NCBI GenBank assembly: GCA_964618805.1
Contig: CAZUBM010000030.1
Location: 1-18,439 of the forward strand
Direction: 5' to 3'
Source of the DNA: an uncultured Nitrososphaerota archaeon
GTDB taxonomy: Archaea; Korarchaeota; Korarchaeia; Korarchaeales; Korarchaeaceae
Length of the DNA: 18,439 bases
Numbering within the stretch: the first letter of the stretch is position 1; every line of letters begins with the position of its first letter. The notes beneath the pieces were generated by a model that saw nothing but the letters and a program-made list of their open reading frames with translations, made no database searches and was not told the DNA's origin. Below are positions 1-8,162 of the stretch, one piece after another. The translations under genes were made by a program, and so were the position numbers.

Positions 1-2
1 TT

Positions 3-788
3 GATGTTATTGATGACTATACAGTGGGTGTAGCCCTTAACAAACCGTATGCAGCCTTCCTAGACTACATTGCAACGCAGCAAATAATCCCAAAGCACAT
101 ACTTGAGGATGTTCCTCCAGCAGACCTTGTAAACCACTGGACCAACACAGGAGAGGGCGGGCGATATCCAATAGGAACTGGACCGTACAAAATTGTGGAA
201 TGGAAAGTAGATGAGTACATCAAGCTGGTTGCGAATGAGGATTACTTCATGGGAGCGCCTAAAACCAAAGAGATATACATGATGGTAATTCCAGAATCTG
301 CTACAGCGCTAGCGGCTTTGCAGAAAGGAGATGTAGATATCCTTAATGACTGGTTTGGCTGGACTCCGGAGCAAATAAATGAAACCAAGCAGAATCCTAA
401 GCTAACTACAGCCTCCTATCCAATTCCAGGACCTCAGCTTATAGGGATAAACTGCGGTCACCCAATACTCAGCAATAGATACGTCAGATGGGCTATAAAT
501 TACATAATACCTAGGGAGAAGATCATAAAAGAGCTCTGTGGAGGGGTAGCTGGAAGAGAAGCTTACCAATATTTGGCTCCCGAAACACTAGGACATAATC
601 CAAATCTTCCGAAAGTAGAATATTCCATAGAGAAAGCTAAAGAATATATGGAGCTTGCTGGTTACAACTATGAATGGCTGGAGCCACCTCCTCCGCCTCC
701 AGCTATAACAACCACAGGAATAGCTATAGCAGTGATTTGCTTAGTAGTGGGCATAGCCATCGGATTTGTAATAGGAAAAAGGAGATAA
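3..788 (+). CDS. ABC transporter substrate-binding protein, family 5 (oligo/dipeptide, OppA/DppA-like); 5'-partial, with C-terminal Pro linker and TM anchor
   Basis: The frame is open from the window start (DVIDDYTVGVALNKPYAAFL). It carries family-5 motifs PIGTGPYKIVEW, ALQKGDVD, VRWAINY and YSIEKAKEYMELAG, and ends PPPPPP + hydrophobic helix + KRR. Confidence 0.9.
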   Translation, partial: DVIDDYTVGVALNKPYAAFLDYIATQQIIPKHILEDVPPADLVNHWTNTGEGGRYPIGTGPYKIVEWKVDEYIKLVANEDYFMGAPKTKEIYMMVIPESATALAALQKGDVDILNDWFGWTPEQINETKQNPKLTTASYPIPGPQLIGINCGHPILSNRYVRWAINYIIPREKIIKELCGGVAGREAYQYLAPETLGHNPNLPKVEYSIEKAKEYMELAGYNYEWLEPPPPPPAITTTGIAIAVICLVVGIAIGFVIGKRR

Positions 789-790
789 GA

Positions 791-814
791 CTTTCCCTTT
801 CTTTCTTTTTTATT
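791..814 (+). terminator. Pyrimidine/oligo-T tract, probable archaeal intrinsic terminator
   Basis: ctttccctttctttcttttttatt directly follows the SBP stop codon. Confidence 0.55.
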
Positions 815-818
815 AGCT

Positions 819-1352
819 TTGGAATATATTAAATCTGATTTATTTTTAATGGCTCTTTCAATGGTCCCATCAGCTATTGGCTCTCGAATTGTTATGGTAA
901 CAAATAGAGCTTATCCATATGTGACGGTAACGGGCGAAATAATTCAGAGGGAATTGAAGCTCGCTGAATATTCGGAGAAGACAAAGAAGGAGTTAAGAGA
1001 GCAATTGCCTTCTTATGCCCAAGTAGGAAATCCAGTTGATTTAACAGGAAGCGCAACTGCTAGGGCTTACGAGATTTCTATGAGATCTTTACTTTAGGAC
1101 TTGGGCGTTAACATTTTGATGGTTTCTTTGTCTTTCAAGACACTCCTTTAGAGGAGAAGATTGCCGATATTGTTCCGAGAATGAAAGAACACGACAAACA
1201 TATTCAAGCCTAGCTGTAGCTTCTGAAGGACTATATACTAAAAAGAAGTCTAATAGACTTGAGAGGAAAGGAATATCAGTTTTTCTTCTCCGAAAAGGGC
1301 AGTTTCAGCAGCACATGCCCTTTACTTGGCGGCAAAATTCTATAATAAGTGA
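819..1352 (+). pseudogene. Decayed C-terminal fragment of ADP-forming acetate/acyl-CoA ligase alpha subunit
   Basis: Homology-like text runs across frames: RIVMVTN...LKLAEYSEKTKKELREQLP...GNPVDLTGSA, in-frame TAG at 1095-1097, DLGVNILMVSL, shift to FQDTPLEEKI, shift to AVASEGLYT...LERKGISVF, shift to SPKRAVSAAHAL...NK-TGA (1350-1352). This matches the family's NPVD and GIPVF.SPERAV.A patterns. The N-terminal CoA-binding half is absent. Confidence 0.85.
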
Positions 1353-1420
1353 AATGCATATTGTTAAGCATTTATGAATAGAATCTCTATAATCACAGTT
1401 ATCGAAGAAATATCAAAATG

Positions 1421-1663
1421 CTAATCCTCTTTCTTAGTTGCTTTTTCCCTTAACCACCTAGATAAGACCTTAATGGCCATTTTCTTAAGAGGAATCCAAG
1501 CAACAATTGTCAAAGAGAAACAGAATAGCGATGGCAATAATCCAAATTCAAAGTATAAACCTATGGCAATCAAGATAGCTCCCAAACAGTAAATTAAAGC
1601 TAATCTTCTCAGCAGCCTTTCCCTTCTGACCACTTGTTGATAAGTTTCCAAAAACTCAGCCAT
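1421..1663 (-). CDS. Small hypothetical membrane protein (~80 aa, 2 TM helices)
   Basis: Two hydrophobic segments (LALIYCLGAILIAIGLYF; LLPSLFCFSLTIVAWIPL) flanked by basic residues. ATG at 1663 preferred over the TTG at 1687. Confidence 0.6.
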   Translation of the reverse strand: MAEFLETYQQVVRRERLLRRLALIYCLGAILIAIGLYFEFGLLPSLFCFSLTIVAWIPLKKMAIKVLSRWLREKATKKED

Positions 1664-2000
1664 GTAGATCAATTCAATAAGAACCAAGAAGATTTTTATG
1701 TTCTTCTAATCCAAACCTGTTTGTTTTAAAGCGTACAAAAATGAGGAAGATCTTTTTGAAGAGAATTAGTAATAAGAGATATTACCTAACGAGCGAGATG
1801 AATTTAATAAAGCAGCATTACGCCAACAATAGCCTGCTTAGAAAACTTTTTCTCAGAGTTAACAGAGGACTCCTTAGGGCAGGAAATAAGCTCTCACAAC
1901 AATTGCTGAGCATGTATCCCTTTAGAATATCAAGAATTTAGCTTTACTCTTTTAGAATAAAGATTAAAATAGAGGATATTTTAGAGCAACAAGATCGAGC

Positions 2001-3431
2001 TTGATCGAAGATTTTTTGACAGGACCAGACACGGATGAGATAGTTAAAGAAGGGATAAGCATTCAAGCATTAGAAAATCTATTAGATCGTGGATTGGAAA
2101 TGCAAGAAAGGTTGTTAGGCATAGAAACTGATGAAAAACTTAGTGTAATGTCAGAACTGGCCGAAAAATGGCGATTAGCTTTGGATATGGGTGAATTAGG
2201 TGATATAATTGCTCTTCTCTCAAGAAAAACGGGTTATTGTGATAAAATGATTAGGATGGATTTAGAATATATATCAACGGTTCTCGATCCTGATGTAATC
2301 TCCATCTCGCTTGAGCAATCCCTGCCCGGTGGAATCGAATCATTAGATGCTTTTGTTGAGATAGAGTCCGGGGAGATGTACAAATGCATGCCAGCGGGTC
2401 CTGTTTTGATAGTAGGATCAGGAAACAGCGTTCTTCCTACTATAATTTCTGGAATTCTTTCTTTGATGACTAACAATTTTACGCTAGTAAGACCATCAGA
2501 AGTAAACTCAGAAGCTGTTTTTGCTTTATTCAGAATGCTTAAGGAGACGGCTATGGAAGAAACTCCGATAGCGGAAATTGCTAGGGAGTTAAATAATGCA
2601 ACTTTCATTTTCTGGGCTGAAAATAATGACGAAATGTTGCAATATCTGCTCAAAAGAGGCAGAATTGGAGTTGTTAACTTCTGGGGAGATGAACAAATTA
2701 TCTCAAAAATAGGAAGAGCCGTTTCAACCAATCCAAATCATCCTAGGCTCTGCCTTTTAGCCCCTATGACCGGATATGCAGTGATTCATCATGGGATAGA
2801 TCTAAGAGAAGCTGCTCGTGCCTTAGCAGAGGCAATGGTTTATTACGATCAGCAGCTTTGTAGCTCCCCGACCGAAGCAAGCTTTATTGGAAGTTTTGAA
2901 TCGGCTAAGGAATTTGCAGAACAAGTAGGAAGGGCTTTAAATGATTTAACGAGTGAATTTCCTGCCAAGAAATCTGAACATGAAGCGAAGTTGATTCAAA
3001 AAGCTAGAAATAAACTTAGGATGAGCGGTTCATATGTTCTTGTCCCACCAGACAGCGGACCTGAATGGACTCTGGCTGTTAGCGAAGGACAAAGTAATCT
3101 CGATAGGATATTTCCAAGCATAAAGGAGTTTGGGCTCAATGTCAGACGAAGATTCATCGAAATTATTGCTGTTGAGTCAGAATCCAATGTTGTTGAAAGG
3201 CTGAGGATCTTAAAAGAAAAGGAACCATTCAAGGGAATTATGGGAATCCAGTCAGTAGGTTTAGCTGTACCAGATACCGTTTTTGAAGTTTTAACACCTA
3301 AGCTTGCTGAAGCAGGTGTCCACAGAATTATTCCAATAAAAGACATGCATCTTCGATCGCCGATCGAACCATTTGACGGCAAGCACATGGCAAGGGAGTT
3401 CGTTAACATTCTATACGTAAGGAGGGAGTAG
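2001..3431 (+). CDS. LuxC-family acyl-CoA reductase (aldehyde dehydrogenase superfamily)
   Basis: 476 aa. Motifs P.GPVLIVGSGNSV, N.TLVRPS, VNFWG, catalytic Cys context YYDQQLCSSP, and C-terminal QSVGLA...LAEAGVHRI.PI..M...EPFDG, all typical of LuxC-like proteins. Confidence 0.8.
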   Translation: MIEDFLTGPDTDEIVKEGISIQALENLLDRGLEMQERLLGIETDEKLSVMSELAEKWRLALDMGELGDIIALLSRKTGYCDKMIRMDLEYISTVLDPDVISISLEQSLPGGIESLDAFVEIESGEMYKCMPAGPVLIVGSGNSVLPTIISGILSLMTNNFTLVRPSEVNSEAVFALFRMLKETAMEETPIAEIARELNNATFIFWAENNDEMLQYLLKRGRIGVVNFWGDEQIISKIGRAVSTNPNHPRLCLLAPMTGYAVIHHGIDLREAARALAEAMVYYDQQLCSSPTEASFIGSFESAKEFAEQVGRALNDLTSEFPAKKSEHEAKLIQKARNKLRMSGSYVLVPPDSGPEWTLAVSEGQSNLDRIFPSIKEFGLNVRRRFIEIIAVESESNVVERLRILKEKEPFKGIMGIQSVGLAVPDTVFEVLTPKLAEAGVHRIIPIKDMHLRSPIEPFDGKHMAREFVNILYVRRE

Positions 3432-3622
3432 CCATATGTCAACAAAGAACTATCCAACTAAGGATTGATCAGCGTTATTCCTCAAATGCTCTAATTGCAG
3501 TATTGAAATTTTGCTATGGATCGGAAAATCCTTGTTTATCCCTAAAAAGAATTCTTTTTAATGTAATGTTGAGGAGATGGCTCAAGTTTATTTTTCTAAC
3601 TACCAGAAAAGGTCGAGCCAAT

Positions 3623-5350
3623 ATGGCAAACACTGATATTTCGGTAATGATTGCTGGGGAGGCTGGGGATGGCATAAGACAGGCTGGCCTTCTTTTTAGT
3701 CGAGCTTGTGCGAGAGGAGGGTTTCATACTTTCTCTATGTTTGATTATCGCTCTCTCATAAGAGGAGGCCATAACTCACACCTTGTCAGAGTTTGTGACA
3801 GGGAAGTATATTCTCACAGGAGAACCATAGATATCTTACTCTCTTTTAACCTTGATTCCATAAAGAGGCATGCTCCGAAACTCTCCCCTATTTCCGGGCT
3901 GATTTATGATTCAGACTCGGTTAAGGAACCTCCAGATCTTAGTTCAAGAGCATTAATGATTCCGATTCCTTTGAGAAGCATGGTAAAAGAGAAAGGAGCT
4001 CCTCTAATTACTAGAAACTCTGCTGGACTTGGTGCAATCTTTGCTCTGCTTGGATATGATCTAAATTTATTCCTAAGTGTGATTGAGGATCAATTCAAAG
4101 CTAGACCCGAGATAGCTAGACTTAACAAGGATCTAGCTCAGGAGGGATATGATTATGTTGCGAAAAATTTTGATGAGAAGTTCACCTTAAAATTAAAGCC
4201 GATCTCCAAGAAGCAGAGATATGTCCTAACTGGAAATGATGCGATAGCTTTAGGCGCATTAAAAGCTGGAATGAAATTCTTTGTGGCTTATCCAATTACT
4301 CCTGCTTCTCCAATACTTCATCTCCTGGCTTCTCTGCAAAGGGAAGCCGAAATAGTTGTCTTGCAGGCTGAAAGCGAATTAGCAGCAATAAACATGACAA
4401 TAGGAGCAGCTTATGCTGGCGTTAGAGCAATGACTGCAACCTCTGGAGCAGGATTTTCTCTAATGGTAGAAGGACTAGGGCTGGCGGGGATGTCTGAGAC
4501 ACCGGTTGTGGTGATTTTAGCACAGAGACAGGGACCAAGCACTGGATTGGCCACATATACGGCACAAGCCGACCTTAGATTTGTTATTCATGCGTCCCAA
4601 GGGGAATTTCCAAGGGTTGTAGTAGCTCCAGGTGATGTGGAAGAGGCCTATTACAGAACGATCGAAGCATTCAATCTGGCTGAGAAATTCCAGATTCCTG
4701 CCATAATACTAACTGATAAACATCTCTCTGAAAGCTATAAATCAATAGATGGTCTTTCTGAGGAGGTAAGGATAGATAGAGGTCAGCTTATCCTTGATAA
4801 ATTCGAAGGTGAGTACAAGAGATACTTAATTACTGAAACAGGGATTTCTCCCAGAGCCATACCAGGGATTAAAGGGCTTGTTGTGAAACAGGACGGATCT
4901 GAGCACAATGAGCGGGGTTTTGCTACTGCGGATGCAACTAATGCAAAAATGATGCAGGATAAGAGGATGAGAAAAATGAAATACTTAAGGGAGGAGATCT
5001 CAAGACTCAATCCTATCAAGTCTTATGGTAAGAAGAATGCAGATCTAACAATCATAGGATGGGGTTCAACAAAAGGAGCCATTCTAGAGTCGCTTCTGCT
5101 TCTGAAAGATAGAGGAATAGATGCCAATTTTGTCCAAGTGATTTATCTCTGGCCGTTTCCTGACTTGGAGGTAAGAAATGCAATTAAAGAAGCCAAAAAA
5201 TTATTTTTAGTTGAAAATAATAAGACAGCACAATTGGGAAGTTTGCTTAAGGAGTTCCTATGCCTAGAACCCGACGAAACTATTCTGAAGTATGATGGGA
5301 GGCCGTTTACGCCCGAGGAAATTGCTGAACAGATTGAGGAGGCGATCTAG
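3623..5350 (+). CDS. korA: 2-oxoacid:ferredoxin oxidoreductase alpha subunit (gamma-alpha fusion type)
   Basis: IAGEAGDGI and SLIRGGH (gamma domain), GNDAIALGA, YPITPAS, QAESELAA, ATSGAGFSLM.EG.G, QRQGPSTG, VENNKTAQL. ATG 3623 preferred; the ORF-track extension from 3503 looks non-coding. Substrate specificity is not determinable from sequence. Confidence 0.93.
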   Translation: MANTDISVMIAGEAGDGIRQAGLLFSRACARGGFHTFSMFDYRSLIRGGHNSHLVRVCDREVYSHRRTIDILLSFNLDSIKRHAPKLSPISGLIYDSDSVKEPPDLSSRALMIPIPLRSMVKEKGAPLITRNSAGLGAIFALLGYDLNLFLSVIEDQFKARPEIARLNKDLAQEGYDYVAKNFDEKFTLKLKPISKKQRYVLTGNDAIALGALKAGMKFFVAYPITPASPILHLLASLQREAEIVVLQAESELAAINMTIGAAYAGVRAMTATSGAGFSLMVEGLGLAGMSETPVVVILAQRQGPSTGLATYTAQADLRFVIHASQGEFPRVVVAPGDVEEAYYRTIEAFNLAEKFQIPAIILTDKHLSESYKSIDGLSEEVRIDRGQLILDKFEGEYKRYLITETGISPRAIPGIKGLVVKQDGSEHNERGFATADATNAKMMQDKRMRKMKYLREEISRLNPIKSYGKKNADLTIIGWGSTKGAILESLLLLKDRGIDANFVQVIYLWPFPDLEVRNAIKEAKKLFLVENNKTAQLGSLLKEFLCLEPDETILKYDGRPFTPEEIAEQIEEAI

Positions 5351-6196
5351 TTGGAGCTAAGAGATCTAGAGACAGGAGCTGTTAACACTTGGTGTCCAGG
5401 GTGTGGGAATTTTGGCATACTTCAGGCTTTCAAGGAAGCGCTGGTCGAACTTGGACTGAAGAGGGAGGAAGTTGTCATCGTTTCTGGCATTGGATGTCAT
5501 GGAAAGATCCGCAATTACGTAAATGTGAATAGCTTTCATGTTATACATGGGAGAGTGCTCCCGGTGCTGACAGGCATAAAGCTTTCGAATCCTGAGCTTG
5601 TAGTAGTTGGTTTTGCTGGTGATGGGGATGCCTACTCAATAGGGATAGGGCATCTTCCTCATACAATCAGAAGAAACATAGATCTCACGTATATAGTGCA
5701 CAACAACATGGTTTTCGGTTTAACCACCGGTCAGACTACTCCAACAAGCCCATTGGGCTTTAAAACAAGATCAACCCCCTTTGGTTCTCCTGAGGAGCCT
5801 ATAAACCCTCTTACCTTTGTTCTGGCCCTAGGAGCTACGTTCGTAGCCAGAGGATTTCCTGGAAGATTGCTTCATCTCAAGTCTCTGATAAAACAAGCAA
5901 TCATGCACAGAGGATTTGCCTTTATAGATGTTTTGCAGCCCTGCGTAGCCTTCAACAACACCTGGCGGTTCTATAACGAGAGAGTATATGAGCTTGAGAA
6001 GGAGGGACATGATCCTTCAGATTGGGAGGCGGCATATAAGAAGGCATTGGAGTGGGGTGACAGGATACCAATAGGACTGTTCTACAAAGAGGAAAGGCCG
6101 ACCCTTAGGGATCGCCTTCCCCAACTTGCAGGAGAGCCCTTGGTAAGAAGGCCCTTAGAGATAAAGATCGGGAGGTTCTTGAAGGAATTCAGGTAA
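5351..6196 (+). CDS. korB: 2-oxoacid:ferredoxin oxidoreductase beta subunit (TPP-binding)
   Basis: WCPGCGNFG, SGIGC, HGR, GDGD...NN TPP motif, GLTTGQTTPT, LQPC. The TTG start abuts the alpha stop codon. Confidence 0.93.
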   Translation: MELRDLETGAVNTWCPGCGNFGILQAFKEALVELGLKREEVVIVSGIGCHGKIRNYVNVNSFHVIHGRVLPVLTGIKLSNPELVVVGFAGDGDAYSIGIGHLPHTIRRNIDLTYIVHNNMVFGLTTGQTTPTSPLGFKTRSTPFGSPEEPINPLTFVLALGATFVARGFPGRLLHLKSLIKQAIMHRGFAFIDVLQPCVAFNNTWRFYNERVYELEKEGHDPSDWEAAYKKALEWGDRIPIGLFYKEERPTLRDRLPQLAGEPLVRRPLEIKIGRFLKEFR

Positions 6197-6251
6197 AGTC
6201 AACCTGTCCAAAAGGTTCATATAGGTACAACCTCAGCATTTCAAGATCGAA

Positions 6252-7337
6252 TTGGATGTAGAGACAAGGATCGAACTAATAACTCGCTTACCAACTGAAG
6301 AAGTTATAACCCCATCCGAATTGAGAGAATTGCTCGAAACTAAGGAGACTCCCATCGCATACAATGGCTTTGAACCCTCTGGTCTTGCCCATATTGGGAC
6401 AGGTCTCATAACAGCGCTAAAAGTGAGGGATTTCACCGAGGCTGGGGTGAAATACATCCTTTTCTTAGCTGATTGGCATGCATGGGTGAATAGGAAACTT
6501 GGTGGAGACATAAAACTCATTAGAAAGGCTTCTGAGTATTTTAAGCACGTATGGCTCTCTTTAGGGGTGGATCCTACTAAGGTAGAGTTTAAGCTGGCAA
6601 GCGAGATAGCAGATCAAGACTATTGGGCTTTGGTCCTTAAAGTAGCACAACATATGTCAATGAACAGGGCAATGAGGGCAATGACCATTGCAGGAAGGAC
6701 TATGAAAGAGGAATTACCCTTAGCAGCTTACTTCTATCCTCCAATGCAGGTCTCTGACATCTTTACAATGAAAGTCGACATATGCCAGCTTGGAATGGAT
6801 CAAAGAAGGGCTAACATTCTTGCAAGAGAGATTGGACCTAAACTTGGCTTCTGGAAGCCAGTATGTGTTCATCATCACCTTCTAATGGGACTTCAGGGTC
6901 CTAGAAAGATGGGATATGAGGATGATGAACTACTTGACGTTCAGATAAGTGCTAAAATGTCAAAGAGCGTTCCTACTTCTGCTATTTTCGTTCACGATTC
7001 TCCTGAAGAGATAAGGAATAAAATCAGGGCAGCTTTCTGCCCTGCCAGGGATCCAAACAGTCCAGTCATGGAACTTGTCAAATATGTGATTATGAGAGAC
7101 GGCAAGACGCCTTTTACCATTGAAAGACCTGAGAAATATGGCGGAGAGATAACATTTGAGAACTATGAAGAGCTTGAGAAGGCTTATGTTGAAGGGAAAT
7201 TGCATCCACTAGATCTGAAGAATGCAGTTGCTGAATCCTTAATAAAGATCCTAGAGCCATGTAGAAGGCATTTCGAACAAAATAAAGAAGCCAAAGAACT
7301 TCTAATGGCATTGAGTTCAGCAGAGATCACTAGGTGA
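6252..7337 (+). CDS. tyrS: Tyrosine--tRNA ligase, archaeal type
   Basis: AYNGFEPSG.AHIG (HIGH-like), LADWHAWVN, YPPMQVSD, LGMDQRR, KMSKS, LHPLDLKNAVA. Confidence 0.96.
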   Translation: MDVETRIELITRLPTEEVITPSELRELLETKETPIAYNGFEPSGLAHIGTGLITALKVRDFTEAGVKYILFLADWHAWVNRKLGGDIKLIRKASEYFKHVWLSLGVDPTKVEFKLASEIADQDYWALVLKVAQHMSMNRAMRAMTIAGRTMKEELPLAAYFYPPMQVSDIFTMKVDICQLGMDQRRANILAREIGPKLGFWKPVCVHHHLLMGLQGPRKMGYEDDELLDVQISAKMSKSVPTSAIFVHDSPEEIRNKIRAAFCPARDPNSPVMELVKYVIMRDGKTPFTIERPEKYGGEITFENYEELEKAYVEGKLHPLDLKNAVAESLIKILEPCRRHFEQNKEAKELLMALSSAEITR

Positions 7338-7343
7338 GCTAGA

Positions 7344-8045
7344 TTGATCCTGCGGAAAATTAGGCTTGTGGCTGTAGATGTAGCTGGCACTTTAACGGAC
7401 GAAAGGAGACGCATTTTCCCAGAAGTAATTTATGCCTTAAGAAGGCTTGAAGATGCTGAAATACCAGTTTCTATCGTTACAGGAAACTCATTCATGGCTG
7501 CTTACAAACTAGCTCAATATTTTGGTTTAACCGGACCCATAGTTGCTGAAAATGGAGCTGTTATATATGATCCTAAATTAAGGAAAAAGGTCTTAGTAGG
7601 CAACCCAGAGGTCAGTAAAAAGGCATTAGATCTGATAAACAAAAAATTGGGCTTAAGGCCCTCTTTTCTTAATAGATATAGGGATGTGGATTTTATCTTC
7701 GAGAAAAATGGCAAAATAAATGTTGAACAGATCCGTAGGATATGCGCGGAGAACAACCTTGAGGTACGGGTCTCCGACTCAAAATTCCTGATTCATGTTT
7801 GTGACAAGAAGGTGAACAAAGGAATTGGCCTAATAGAGGCGTGTAAACTGAGGCAGATATCCCCAAGCGATGTCGCAGCTATCGGGGATAGCTGGATTGA
7901 TCTAGATATGTTGAAAGTGGTGGGTTTGCCTATCGCTGTGTCCAACTCTCCCGATGAATTGAAACGTATAGCTAAAATCGTTACCACAAAACCCGATGGT
8001 CTTGGGGTCATAGAGGTCGTTGAAGAGTACTTGCTAAGAGTGTAG
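7344..8045 (+). CDS. HAD-superfamily hydrolase, archaeal phosphoglycolate-phosphatase-like (subfamily IIB), with atypical motif I
   Basis: AVDVAGTLTD (motif I), VTGNS (II), IVAENGA, VNKG.GL (III), GDSWIDLDML (IV). SD-like AGGTGA just upstream of the TTG. Confidence 0.85.
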   Translation: MILRKIRLVAVDVAGTLTDERRRIFPEVIYALRRLEDAEIPVSIVTGNSFMAAYKLAQYFGLTGPIVAENGAVIYDPKLRKKVLVGNPEVSKKALDLINKKLGLRPSFLNRYRDVDFIFEKNGKINVEQIRRICAENNLEVRVSDSKFLIHVCDKKVNKGIGLIEACKLRQISPSDVAAIGDSWIDLDMLKVVGLPIAVSNSPDELKRIAKIVTTKPDGLGVIEVVEEYLLRV

Positions 8046-8129
8046 CCTATCAGTCCTTGAATTTCGTACTTCTTGGACCAGATCATCTCTCCAGAGATCA
8101 ATGATTTTGAATTTTGAGAAACTGCTTGG

Positions 8130-8145
8130 CTTAGATTTAAATCGA
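8130..8145 (+). promoter_or_regulatory. TATA-like box for the longin/membrane/GTPase module
   Basis: TTTAAA at 8136-8141, about 22-27 nt before ATG 8163, consistent with a leaderless archaeal transcript. Confidence 0.4.
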
Positions 8146-8162
8146 GCGACGTAGATAGTCTA

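Noticed and set aside
1741-1941. 66-aa + strand ORF
   Set aside because: No recognisable motif and a composition typical of AT-rich non-coding sequence. The minus-strand frames I translated are short. The region remains unexplained.
2001-3431. Bioluminescence (lux) operon
   Set aside because: No luxA/B, luxD or luxE in the window; LuxC-like reductases occur widely without luciferase.
3436-3561. TGA read-through (selenocysteine) giving a CSNC-containing peptide
   Set aside because: Only one CxxC, no selenoprotein context and no evident SECIS; most likely chance.
3503-3622. 40-aa N-terminal extension of the oxidoreductase alpha subunit in the ORF track
   Set aside because: Family similarity starts at ATG 3623, and the extension contains a TATA-like TTTATTT ~30 nt before that ATG.
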